In this document: one piece after another, positions 12,824 to 22,064 of the stretch | Numbering within the stretch: position 1 is the stretch's first letter | Layout: each line of letters begins with the position of its first letter | Assembly: GCF_000010065.1 (NCBI RefSeq) | Contig: NC_006576.1 | Coordinates: 1-32,000 of the forward strand | Length of the DNA stretch: 32,000 nucleotides | Direction: 5' to 3' | From: Synechococcus elongatus PCC 6301 | Lineage (GTDB): Bacteria; Cyanobacteriota; Cyanobacteriia; Synechococcales; Synechococcaceae | Translations under genes and position numbers: made by a program | The notes under the pieces: model-generated | Told to the model about the DNA's origin: nothing | Database searches by the model: none | Seen by the model: the letters and a program-made list of their open reading frames with translations, nothing else

Positions 12824-12953
12824 GAGGTTCTCGGTTGCTGCACGGTCGGTGAAGACTTCGTTATTGTAGCCAGAGGTGCCCTTCGGTCGTTGCTTGGCAA
12901 AGCGGGCGATCGCGGCTCACAATTGTTCCAGCTCCTGCGCGTCAGTGCCTAAC

Positions 12954-13718
12954 GTGACCTCTGTTCCTACCGTTTCCGATAGCAAGCGTGCCTTCTACGC
13001 TGCCTACCCGCGTCCCATCAATCCGCTCTATCGGCGCGTGGTAGAGGAGCTGCTGGTGGAAATCCACCTCCTCTCGGTCAACACCAGCTTTGTCTATGAC
13101 CCGCTGTTTGCCTTGGGGGTGGTGACGGCGTTTGATTCGTTCATGAGCAGCTATCGCCCGATCGAAGCGGTCGGCCCTCTGTTTACGGCACTGACCCAAG
13201 CGGTTCGCCAAAATCCGGAACAGTATCGCCACGATGCCAATGCGATCGCGGAGCAAGTCAGGGGTGTTGGCAGCGACACGATTCGTCAATGGCTGACAGA
13301 AGCTGAAGCACTAGGCAACGCGCCAGAGCTAGTGCGCAGCAGCTTCCAAGCGATCGCCGGGCGGTCGGAGTTCAAGTACAGCCGTCTGTTTGCGATTGGC
13401 TTGTTCAGTCTGCTGGAAACTGCCGCACCGGATCTTGTGCAGGACCCCGAGGCTCTTAAGACTACGGTGACAGCGATCGCTGAACGCTTCCATCTGCCCA
13501 GTGACAAACTGCAGAAGGATCTCGATTTGTACCGCAGCAATCTCGAGAAGATGGAGCAGGCGCGGATCACGATGGAAGAAGCCATCCAAGCCGATCGCCG
13601 CAAGCGGGAACAGCGCGAGCAGGAAAAATTGGCGAAAGCCGCTGCCGCTGAGGCCCCCGCAGCTCTCGAAGCCTCCAGCGACAATCCCGAGCCTGAAACT
13701 AGCGAAACGCCCTCCTAA
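12954..13718 (+). CDS. thf1: Psb29/Thf1, photosystem II biogenesis protein
   Basis: [64 protein letters not shown]; GTG 12954 gives the expected N-terminus. Confidence 0.92.
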
Positions 13719-13839
13719 GGCACCAACCGAGACCAGCGATCGCATCTGACTAGCGATGTCTAAAGCGATCCTGTGCAAAGCAAGTTCGGCTAATTCCCCA
13801 GTGTTAGCATCGCAGGCAATTGCGGCCCGAGGTTTCAGG

Positions 13840-14418
13840 ATGCAGACCCGAAGCTGGACGAGTGCAGCGATCGCCCTTGGATTGTGCTTGGGTGTGGGCT
13901 GGAGCGCACCAGTCTTCAGCCTGACGCCTTCGCAACGTCAGCAACTTAAAAGTCTTGGGATTCCGGTGGTGATTCCCAAGGCCATCCCGACGGGTTTTCA
14001 AGTCAAAAACGTTTCCGTCAAACCCTGCCCTGCCCAATCCAGTCGTAACAGCAGGGGCGTCTGTCGGTTTGGCCCAGACTACGAAATTCTTTACCGCAAT
14101 AGCCAAGGGGCTTGCTTCACGATGGTGGCGGTTGGGGGTGGGATCGGTGGCGTTGACCAAACCTACGGCTATGAGGTCGCAGTGCCATTGTTCCGTGAGC
14201 GCGTCATGCTTTGGTTTGGCGACCTCAACACCAACACTCCTTACCGCACGCCGACAGAGCAGCAACGACAACAATCCCAGTCCAATCTACGTTCCGATTG
14301 GCTGGGCAAGGGGCCTTTCTACGGCGTCAGCTACGTCCAGAGAGAGCCCCAATGTCGTCGGGGTATCTCCCCAAAGCAGGCTGAGCAGGTTTTGCGATCG
14401 CTGCAGTTTCTGCGCTAG
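13840..14418 (+). CDS. Conserved hypothetical exported protein
   Basis: ATG 13840: MQTRSWTSAAIALGLCLGVGWSAPVFSLTPSQRQQLKSLGIPVVIPKAIPTGFQVKNV..., signal peptide and soluble domain. Confidence 0.7.
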   Translation: MQTRSWTSAAIALGLCLGVGWSAPVFSLTPSQRQQLKSLGIPVVIPKAIPTGFQVKNVSVKPCPAQSSRNSRGVCRFGPDYEILYRNSQGACFTMVAVGGGIGGVDQTYGYEVAVPLFRERVMLWFGDLNTNTPYRTPTEQQRQQSQSNLRSDWLGKGPFYGVSYVQREPQCRRGISPKQAEQVLRSLQFLR

Positions 14419-14433
14419 TGACAGCCCAGAAAC

Positions 14434-15384
14434 CTAGACAGCAATCCGCGATCGCTTCGTCAGGTTGCGGAGCTTACGCAGCGCTTTGACCTCAACTTGG
14501 CGGACCCGCTCGCGCGAGACTTCCATCATCCGGCCGATTTCAGCGAGGGTATGACGTTCGCCATCACCCAGTCCAAAGCGGAGATAGAGCACCTGGCGCT
14601 CTTGGGGCGTGAGATGCTCGAGCCAAGCATCAAGCTGCTCGCGCTGCATGGCATTTTCCATGATGTCCATGGGCTCATTGCCGTTGGGATCAGCAATCAG
14701 CTCACCCAGGAAACTCTTGCCATCTTCACCACTGACTGGAGCATCTAGGCTGGTGCATTGGCGCGACTGACGCAGAATTGTTTCGAGGTCATTCAGTGGC
14801 AACTGAACCGCTTCTGCAATTTCTTGGCGAGAGGGCAAACGGCCTAGCTCGTGCGCCAGTTCCCGAGTCACTTTGCGGATTTGGCTCAGCCGTTCAGTCA
14901 AGTGAACCGGCAGGCGAATAGTGCGCGATTGGCAGGCGATCGCCCTTGTCATGCTCTGGCGAATCCACCAAAAGGCATAGGTGGAAAACTTGTAGCCCTT
15001 GGAGGGGTCAAATTTCTCGACAGCACGTTCTAGCCCGAGAGCGCCTTCTTGGATCAGGTCAAGAAACTCAAGACCCTTACCTTGGTACTTTTTGGCCACA
15101 GAGACCACAAGACGCAAGTTGGCCTTGATCATCCGTTCCTTAGCACGCTGCCCCAGCTGGATCGCTGCGGTTTCGGCCTCAGTAAACGTGCGATCGCTAG
15201 AAGTTTCTTCCAGCAGGTTCATCATCACCTGCACTTTCTGCCCCAGCTCGATCTCCTGATCGGCGGTGAGCAATGGAATCCGACCGATGGAGCTGAGATA
15301 CCAACTGACGTTATCTCTTGTTCGTCGCTGAGCCGTCGCGACAGCATGAGCCGAAGCACTCGCCATACGCACCCCCGAAAGCAT
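14434..15384 (-). CDS. Group 2 RpoD-like sigma-70 factor
   Basis: DNVSWYLSSIGRIPLLTADQEIELGQKVQ, GLEFLDLIQEGALGLERAVEKFDPSKGYKFSTYAFWWIRQSMTRAI, HTLAEIGRMMEVSRERVRQVEVKALRKLR. Confidence 0.96.
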   Translation of the reverse strand: MLSGVRMASASAHAVATAQRRTRDNVSWYLSSIGRIPLLTADQEIELGQKVQVMMNLLEETSSDRTFTEAETAAIQLGQRAKERMIKANLRLVVSVAKKYQGKGLEFLDLIQEGALGLERAVEKFDPSKGYKFSTYAFWWIRQSMTRAIACQSRTIRLPVHLTERLSQIRKVTRELAHELGRLPSRQEIAEAVQLPLNDLETILRQSRQCTSLDAPVSGEDGKSFLGELIADPNGNEPMDIMENAMQREQLDAWLEHLTPQERQVLYLRFGLGDGERHTLAEIGRMMEVSRERVRQVEVKALRKLRNLTKRSRIAV

Positions 15385-15570
15385 TAAGAGAAAAATGCAG
15401 CAAGAAGTTGATTTTAACCAAGGCTCTTAAGGTTATCTTCAGATCAGGAATGTGTCGAAAATGTAAGAGGGATTACAGTTTCTTCACTTCTCCATGATTT
15501 TTAAATAACTACAGCTTAACGAAGTTCTGCCATCCTTGGGGCATTCTGCTGAGTTCTGAAAAATTTCTGT

Positions 15571-15756
15571 ATGGCTGACTACAAGTTACCCGCGCCTTTC
15601 TTCGTAGAAGTGAATGGTCAATTCTTAGAGTTTTGCGACCGCCAGTCGGCGCTTGAGTTCCTGCAAAAGCTCTACCAGCCGAAAGAGCAGCAGTGGCGGG
15701 TTATCGATCGGCTAGGGAGCACTCGCGGTCAAACCCAAATCAGTGTCTCGAAATAG
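15571..15756 (+). CDS. Small conserved hypothetical protein (61 aa)
   Basis: MADYKLPAPFFVEVNGQFLEFCDRQSALEFLQKLYQPKEQQWRVIDRLG...; isolated ORF with coding-like composition. Confidence 0.55.
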   Translation: MADYKLPAPFFVEVNGQFLEFCDRQSALEFLQKLYQPKEQQWRVIDRLGSTRGQTQISVSK

Positions 15757-16173
15757 TTGCCTTGATAAATATTGTTGATTTTAGTGATTAAAAAGTAAGA
15801 CCTCTCAACATCACGAAATCAACGATCGCATCATCAGTTTTTTACAATCTCGTTACTCATTCGATTGCGACCGCTGGTCTCAGTCGCTGTTGGGCGGGGC
15901 CTAGGGTCTTGCCCTTTTGTCTTGCTAAAGTGGGGCGATGCTGAACTCCACTTCTGACCTCTCACAGCCCTGTGCTCTAACCGATCCTGCTACTAATCCA
16001 ACCTTGCAAGGGCGGCCTGACTCGCGGCAAGTTGAGAAAATCCCTGGCTACACACAGCCCGTCCATGTGATCGCTCTATGCGACTGGAGAACTAAGCGAT
16101 CGCACGTCTGCAGGTTGTGTGGGGTATTCGGTCAAGCAGCTTTGGCTGGGAATTGGGCTCTCGGAAATCCGTC

Positions 16174-17241
16174 ATGAGTGTGGGTCATCCCATCTCGCCC
16201 GATAACAGCCCCCACCATGCAACCCTCATTGTCAGCGGAGGCATCCTGCAGCTGGTGGGTCAGTTCGCTGCGTTGGCTGCTGCGGGCAGCCCAGACTCGG
16301 TGGATGTAGTGCTCACTGGTGCCTATGGTGCAGAGCGACGCCAGTGGGTCGAGCAGCATCTCCAAGCATGGCTCTCTTGGCGCGATCGTGGCGATCGCTG
16401 GCTCAGTCCCGAGGCGGCAGCATCTCAGCCCTATCGACGGGTGCTGATTAATGTCGAGTGGCAAGCAAAACAGCGTCAGTTTCTCAGCAACCGGCCCGAG
16501 ACCTGGATCTGTGGCGATAGTTTGGGTTTCTACTATCGTCAGCGTGATGAAGTGCAAGCGTGCCTGCAATCCTTGCTAGAGCTATCACTGCGTTCGCGAT
16601 CATCGCGGCAGCGACGCTATGTCCTCAGTCATCGGCCTTGCTGGTACAACCATCCGCCTCAGCGCTGGCAATGGGTGGCCCCCCAGTTTTATCGACAGAT
16701 TTGGCAGGATTATCAGCAGTTTTGCTGGCATGCCACGGAGTTTCCGCAACAATGGCAAGCTGCGACAGAACATCTACCCCAAGATCTCGACCCCATTCTG
16801 TTGTTATTACCCAATCTGTTGCCACAGCTGCGGCAGCCTGAGGACTTTTGGCTCCTGCTGACTGATTGGTGCCAACCGCTGCTCAAAACCCCTCGGCCAG
16901 TTTTGCTGAAGCTACATCCACGCTTCAAGGCACTCGACGTAGCGGATTGGATTGCTGCGCAGGACTGGTGCGATCGCATTCAGTGCCTGCCAGAGTCCCT
17001 CGGTGGCTACCCTGCGGAATTGATGATTGCGGCTTTGCGCCAATCTGGTTGGCAACCAACGGTCTATTCCCTCTCTACTGCCAATGTGAATAGTCGCCTC
17101 TTGCTCAACTGGCCCTGTCGTAGTTTTTCACTGCGATCGCTACGTCCCTATCGCGGAAGTTGGCAGCGCTGGCTCCACCTTCGACTACACTGGGCACGCA
17201 TTCAGGCGGCCGAGCGATCGCTCCAGTCGCTAGAACCGTAA
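16174..17241 (+). CDS. Putative glycosyltransferase (polysialyltransferase-like)
   Basis: HATLIVSGGILQLVGQFAALAA near the N-terminus and C-terminal PVLLKLHPRF motif; adjacent to a hexapeptide acyltransferase. Family assignment weak. Confidence 0.45.
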   Translation: MSVGHPISPDNSPHHATLIVSGGILQLVGQFAALAAAGSPDSVDVVLTGAYGAERRQWVEQHLQAWLSWRDRGDRWLSPEAAASQPYRRVLINVEWQAKQRQFLSNRPETWICGDSLGFYYRQRDEVQACLQSLLELSLRSRSSRQRRYVLSHRPCWYNHPPQRWQWVAPQFYRQIWQDYQQFCWHATEFPQQWQAATEHLPQDLDPILLLLPNLLPQLRQPEDFWLLLTDWCQPLLKTPRPVLLKLHPRFKALDVADWIAAQDWCDRIQCLPESLGGYPAELMIAALRQSGWQPTVYSLSTANVNSRLLLNWPCRSFSLRSLRPYRGSWQRWLHLRLHWARIQAAERSLQSLEP

Positions 17242-17253
17242 CAAGGAGGTGGC

Positions 17254-17928
17254 ATGCTGCGATCGCTATTGCGAGGACTTCGCCGTCGTTGGTCTTGGCA
17301 TCAACCCGCTTGGCGCGCCCGGTTTTACCAGTGGCTCTACCCGCAGATTCAGGCCGATCGTGTCGGCCGCCACCTGCAGCTCAGCGGTGAGGAGCGGATT
17401 TGGATTGCCCCGGGCTGCATCATTCACGATGAGGTAGAGCTCGTTGCAAAAGCAGGAGCCCGTATTCGCATTGGCCCAGGCTGCACCCTCTATCCGCGCA
17501 CTAAACTCTTGGCCTATTCAGGCGATCTCGTGCTGGAAGGGGATGTCTCGGTGAACTCCTTCGCGATCGTGTTTGCCAACAGCGGAACTAGCATTGGACG
17601 CATGACCCGCATCGCCTCTCATGCAGTCATCAACCCGACAGAGCATCGCTACGATGATCCCACCCGCCCAATTGATGACCAGCCCATTTCCAATCGACCA
17701 GTTCAAATTGGTGCAGACTGCTGGATCTGTACGGCAGCGATCGTTAGGGGGGGGACCCAGTTAGGCGATGGCAGTATCGTAGGAGCCCAAGCTTTAACGA
17801 GGGGAAGCTATCCAGCAGGGTCCGTCCTCGTTGGATCTCCAGCACGAATTCTGAAGCAACGCACAGTGTTGGCTGATCCGACGCAGCAACAGACGAGCCT
17901 AGCGATTGAGCATCAGGATGCCCTCTAA
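17254..17928 (+). CDS. Left-handed beta-helix (hexapeptide repeat) acyl/acetyltransferase
   Basis: IRIGPGCTLYPRTKLLAYSGDLVLEGDVSVNSFAIVFANSGTSIGRMTRIASHAVINP...VQIGADCWICTAAIVRGGTQLGDGSIVGAQALTRGSYPAGSVLVGSPARILKQR. Confidence 0.88.
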   Translation: MLRSLLRGLRRRWSWHQPAWRARFYQWLYPQIQADRVGRHLQLSGEERIWIAPGCIIHDEVELVAKAGARIRIGPGCTLYPRTKLLAYSGDLVLEGDVSVNSFAIVFANSGTSIGRMTRIASHAVINPTEHRYDDPTRPIDDQPISNRPVQIGADCWICTAAIVRGGTQLGDGSIVGAQALTRGSYPAGSVLVGSPARILKQRTVLADPTQQQTSLAIEHQDAL

Positions 17929-18243
17929 GAAGCTGTTGCATAGGAAAGGTGAAGAGGGAGCCATTACTCACGGGACTGTCGCTGGATGATCTGAAAGCTG
18001 GCCTCTTGGGCAGAAGCCGTCCATTCTCTCGGAGCGATCGCTGCTTGGCGACGACTTGCAGCGATCAGCTTGAGTTTGATCATTCCCTCGTTACGCTGAA
18101 GGCATGGTCAAACCCCGAGCTTTTCTCTACATCGGAGACTGCTGTTACTGCTTGTTTGCCAACGACTATCCCATGCAGTTCTGTTTGGCACGGGGCACAG
18201 CACCAGAAGGCGATCGCTGTCTGAACTTTCGCTCGATGCATAA

Positions 18244-18546
18244 GTGGCTCTTGAAAAAGTAAAGGCCCGTTGTCCACGTTTAAGTCTGGATTCTTTGGGC
18301 ATTAAAGCTGGAGATACTCTTACTTGTTCACGAGATGAGGCGCTCACCGCTACTGTTGTCAGTGGAGGCAAAGTTGATTTTCAAGGAGAAGTTCTTAGTC
18401 TTTCAGCCGCTGCCCTTAAAGCTCTTCATGGTGTTGGTTATAAAACATCTGCAGCAAGTGGTTCAAAGTATTGGATGTTTGATGGTGAATTGCTCAATGA
18501 AAGGCGCCGTAATGTAGAGTTAGATCAATTTTGTAAAATTATATAA
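18244..18546 (+). CDS. Small protein resembling DUF4357/RAMA-like C-terminal modules, possibly a gene fragment
   Basis: LSLDSLGIKAGDTLTCSRDEALTATVVSGGKVDFQGEVLSLSAAALKALHGVGYKTSAASGSKYWMFDGELLNERRR; GTG start, no N-terminal partner domain. Confidence 0.4.
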   Translation: MALEKVKARCPRLSLDSLGIKAGDTLTCSRDEALTATVVSGGKVDFQGEVLSLSAAALKALHGVGYKTSAASGSKYWMFDGELLNERRRNVELDQFCKII

Positions 18547-18580
18547 AGCAATGTCTAGATAGTAGTGTATCTGATTTAAT

Positions 18581-18626
18581 AATGCCCCCAAGATGACTGT
18601 GTAAGTCTATTCCCGAGGGCATTTTT
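18581..18626 (+). terminator. Possible intrinsic terminator
   Basis: AATGCCC (18581-18587) and GGGCATT (18617-18623) followed by TTT; downstream of the 18244-18546 ORF. Loop is long. Confidence 0.3.
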
Positions 18627-18668
18627 ACGCACGAGCTAGGGGCATCCCGCTATAGCTTAATTGCTCGA

Positions 18669-18830
18669 CTAGGCGTAAGCAGCTCCTATCATTTCGTCGT
18701 TAGAAACTAATCCCTTCTTGACTAGCTTTTCGGCGAGTGCTAGAAGTAAAGCTGCTTTCCGCTCATCTCCACAACGAAGAGCTTGTTTGCGTTCAGAAAT
18801 TAACTCGAAGTAGTAGTATCTCTTTGCCAT
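18669..18830 (-). CDS. 53-aa small protein, paralog A (missed by the ORF track)
   Basis: Hand translation: MAKRYYYFELISERKQALRCGDERKAALLLALAEKLVKKGLVSNDEMIGAAYA*; 38/53 identities to the ORF at 18944-19105. Confidence 0.8.
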   Translation of the reverse strand: MAKRYYYFELISERKQALRCGDERKAALLLALAEKLVKKGLVSNDEMIGAAYA

Positions 18831-18943
18831 TCTTTCTCTCCTTGTTTGACCATCAAAACATCTGTAAAATTGATGAGAAATCTAAAAAGTTAGAGCTAAT
18901 CCTTTAATCATGACTTCACATTAGAAGAGATCACCAAAGAATT

Positions 18944-19105
18944 CTAAATATAAGCACCTGCTAACAATTCATCATCAGAGACCAAGTCTTTCTCGACTAG
19001 CTTTTCAGCCAGTGCTAATAGTAATGCTGCCTTTCGTTCATCCCCACAGAACAGAGCCTGCTTCCGTTCAGCCATTAAATCAACGTAGGAATATTTCTTA
19101 GCCAT
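18944..19105 (-). CDS. 53-aa small protein, paralog B (missed by the ORF track)
   Basis: Hand translation: MAKKYSYVDLMAERKQALFCGDERKAALLLALAEKLVEKDLVSDDELLAGAYI*. Confidence 0.8.
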   Translation of the reverse strand: MAKKYSYVDLMAERKQALFCGDERKAALLLALAEKLVEKDLVSDDELLAGAYI

Positions 19106-19150
19106 CGGTATGACCTCTCTGGTAAATGAATAATTGGATATTAGATCTTA

Positions 19151-19657
19151 TCAATCGATTTGACTGGGTAATGCCTCTAGTAGATCAATCAAGAAAGTAG
19201 TGACGGTTTCATCTTGATCCAGCTGAAGGGTGCCAGTCTCTAGACCCTCTAGGTAATTCACCAGATCATCACGATTAACAATTACAGGCGTCAGCTTTTG
19301 CTCGTAAAACCACCGATTGACTAACCCCTCAAAACGAAGTCTGAGGACTTGTTTTTCTGCAAGAGCTTTCTCTTGGTTCAGTCTTTCAATCTCATCTTCT
19401 AACTCTTTGACACGGTCGTTCTCTTCTTTTTTAATCCTGGGTCGCCCCCGCTTTCGAGGCTTTTCCTCAGAGTCCTCTAGGTCTTGGAAGTCACCATCGC
19501 CTCGGAAACGCCTGTTTCGATCTTCCATCTCTTCTAGAACAGACTGCGCGACTTCTTCGATTTCAGCATCACTGAGCAGGTCTCCAACCCGCTCTTTGGC
19601 CATATTGATTAGCTCTTGCAGCTCTTGGTTTCTCTCGAGGTCTGATTGTTGTGTCAT
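19151..19657 (-). CDS. AT-hook-like, coiled-coil protein of unknown function (168 aa)
   Basis: ATG 19657: MTQQSDLERNQELQELINMAKERVGDLLSDAEIEEVAQSVLEEMED...EEKPRKRGRPRIKKEENDRVKELEDEIERLNQEKALAEKQVLRLRFEGLVNRWFYEQK; RGRPR core is AT-hook-like, followed by predicted coiled coil. Confidence 0.7.
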   Translation of the reverse strand: MTQQSDLERNQELQELINMAKERVGDLLSDAEIEEVAQSVLEEMEDRNRRFRGDGDFQDLEDSEEKPRKRGRPRIKKEENDRVKELEDEIERLNQEKALAEKQVLRLRFEGLVNRWFYEQKLTPVIVNRDDLVNYLEGLETGTLQLDQDETVTTFLIDLLEALPSQID

Positions 19658-19769
19658 AGGGTATCTCCTGTTTCTTGAATGGATAGTTTGGATCATCGAG
19701 ATCCAATTGTGATGTGTTTGTGCTTGAGAAAAGTGACTGATTCCTTCTTTGAATTGAATAAAATGAGGG

Positions 19770-20674
19770 CTAAATGCTGCGATTGAAAAGTTTCTCTGCC
19801 AAAGTTTGGAAGCGATCGCTATCTTGTAATCCTGCAATCCAGTCATCAGGGATTGCTTCGAGCCCGTAGTGGGCACCCGCAATCTGTCCTGCGATCGCTC
19901 CCACGGTATCGGAATCTTCGCCCAGATTCACCGCTGCGAGTAAGCAATCTGCAAAGGATGTGGTGGTTCCAAATGCCCAGAGAGCAGCTTCCAAGGCATA
20001 GAGGGCATGACCCTGAGCGCGGATGTTTGTCGAGGTTTGCCAACTACCTCGAACCACTTCCACAATCTCAGCATCAGGATGTTGATACCAATGCCCTGAA
20101 AGCAAGTCTGTCTTTGACTCTCCTTGCAAGGCTCGAACCAGTAGCTCGGCAAAGTATCCCGAAAGAGCGATCGCTTGGGGATGACGATGAGTCGTGACGG
20201 TACTCTGTTGAGCTAAGTCAATGGCATCGGCAATATCTTGGTTGGACCAAATGGGAATCGGAGCCATCCTCATCAGAGCGCCGTTTCCCAGAGCATTTAA
20301 GCCCCCTGCTTCAACTTCCCCTGTCCTGAGGTAATGACTGAGAGCAGAGTGAGTGCCATTACCAATGTCAAAGCAATCGCCGATGACCGAGTTTTCGCCG
20401 TGTTGCCACCAACGACAGTAGCGATCGAGGTTATCTTTTAAATCCAACTTGCCGCAGGCCAGAAGTGATTCTGCGAGACATAAAGCCATGGAAGAATCAT
20501 CTGTCCATTGACCGGCTTTGAGGTTGAAAGGCCCGCCATCGCGATAGCCGGTAATCGGTTCAAAAGATCAGGCTTTTGAAACTCAACAGGTGCACCGAGT
20601 GCATCGCCGATGGCAAGACCAAGGAAACAGGCTTGGGCACGAGACAGTTGTGTGATTGATGACATCAACTCCAC
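19770..20674 (-). pseudogene. ADP-ribosylglycohydrolase (DraG-like), split by a -1 frameshift at 20562-20565
   Basis: 20438-20674: LSRAQACFLGLAIGDALGAPVEFQKPD; correcting one T in a T run gives ...DLFEPITGYRDGGPFNLKAGQWTDDSSMALCLAESLL joining 19770-20489, which has the metal-binding NLGEDSDTVGAIAGQIAGAHYG motif. Confidence 0.88.
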
Positions 20675-20752
20675 CTCTCAATGAAAAGCTAGCAATGATT
20701 ACGTTGAGTCGCTGAGGTTTCAGATCTCTATCAGGACTCGCAATTTAAGAGA

Positions 20753-20782
20753 GCCACCTAGTGGCGATCGCCACTAGGTGGC
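20753..20782. repeat. 30-bp perfect palindrome centred on HIP1
   Basis: GCCACCTAGTGGCGATCGCCACTAGGTGGC equals its own reverse complement. Confidence 0.95.
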
Positions 20783-21193
20783 GTGACAAGTCACAATTGC
20801 GCAGTCTTAAAACAGAAAGCTCAACACAGTCAGGAAGTTGCAAAAATTCTGTCAACACTCGCTAAGAGGTGACTTTGCTCAAATCGAGCATTGCGGAAAG
20901 GGTTGTTCATGGTCTTCAGACTCCCTGAAGTTATACGCAGCACCTCGATTGGTTGCCACTACATAAGTTTATATCAAGCGCAATCATCTTGTCAACCCCT
21001 CCAGTTTTATGCTGAGTCGCGGATTATCCGTTGTTCGTTGCCGAGCCCTTGAGCATGGTGGAGTGGCAGTGCGATCGCGCAACTGCTCCGTCACGGTGAG
21101 AGGCCGTATCCTCATAGAGATCTAGTTCGACCTCTGGAAGACACTTTTCAGAAAATAAAATACTCTCGTTTCTAGAAGCTTAGGCTCACTACA

Positions 21194-21382
21194 ATGAAAG
21201 GCAAGAAGAGAGTTTCCAGCAAATGGGATTGTGATGGTTTAGTCCTCATTACCGTAGAAGGGAAGAGACTTCGACTGGGTGTGGATGAGGCTGATGATGA
21301 GATCCTTGATGATGAAGAGAATGTTATGAAATCTGAGGATCAGTCTGAAATTTTGAGTCACGAGAAATCAAGCGAGGAATAA
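21194..21382 (+). CDS. Hypothetical small acidic protein
   Basis: MKGKKRVSSKWDCDGLVLITVEGKRLRLGVDEADDEILDDEENVMKSEDQ...; isolated short ORF. Confidence 0.35.
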   Translation: MKGKKRVSSKWDCDGLVLITVEGKRLRLGVDEADDEILDDEENVMKSEDQSEILSHEKSSEE

Positions 21383-21658
21383 TCCTGAGAAATCGGATAC
21401 TCCCAATAAAATGACCACAGAAGAGAAAAGAATGATTGACTTAGACTATGATCGCTGAGTTAGTGATGACTATGATGCTGTGATTATAGATTATGATAGT
21501 AATAGCGTTTAGCTCATGAAAGAGACAGAATATATTGCCTCTAAAAACAAGAAGCAGAGAAAAGAGGGAAGCTAGATAGCTGTTATAAAAAAGAATTGAA
21601 TCTACTCGACTCGCTAGACCTTCATCTGCACATAAGGAGACTCTGCTAGCAGTAGCTC

Positions 21659-21886
21659 TTAATAGAGGATGTAGTTCTCAATCTCTACCTTTCGACGCTT
21701 GATGCGCCATTCATGACCACAACTCAGGCATTGGCGCTCTGGATCTTCCCAGCCAATACAGCAACCGCCTAAGGCAATCTCTTGTCGCGCAGCCATTTCA
21801 AACGCCTCAGGTGTAGGCATACCATAGAGGATGTTGACGCCGGTTCTTTGCTTGCAAACAGGACAAATATACTTTTTTGAACTCAT
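21659..21886 (-). CDS. Small zinc-ribbon-like protein (two Cys pairs)
   Basis: MSSKKYICPVCKQRTG...ERQCLSCGHEWRIKRRKVE; CPVC and CLSC knuckles. Confidence 0.6.
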   Translation of the reverse strand: MSSKKYICPVCKQRTGVNILYGMPTPEAFEMAARQEIALGGCCIGWEDPERQCLSCGHEWRIKRRKVEIENYILY

Positions 21887-22064
21887 TCAAGACATCCTCC
21901 TTGACTGACGACCTTTACAAGTTATATCTGTCTCACGAAAGCGAAGAGGCTTTCTGGGGTAGAACAGAAGTGAGAAATTACTGTCTCTAATCCATGAGAA
22001 ATCCGCTGTATCCGATGAACATAAGGTATTCAGTGATAGCCGCGATCGCAGTTCCTAGCCTTGA

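Noticed and set aside
17949-18224. ORF MKREPLLTGLSLDDLKAGLLGRSRPF..., faint resemblance to an RlmN N-terminus
   Set aside because: Only the LLTGLSLDDL segment is suggestive; the rest does not fit and needs a hypothetical frameshift. Insufficient support to annotate.
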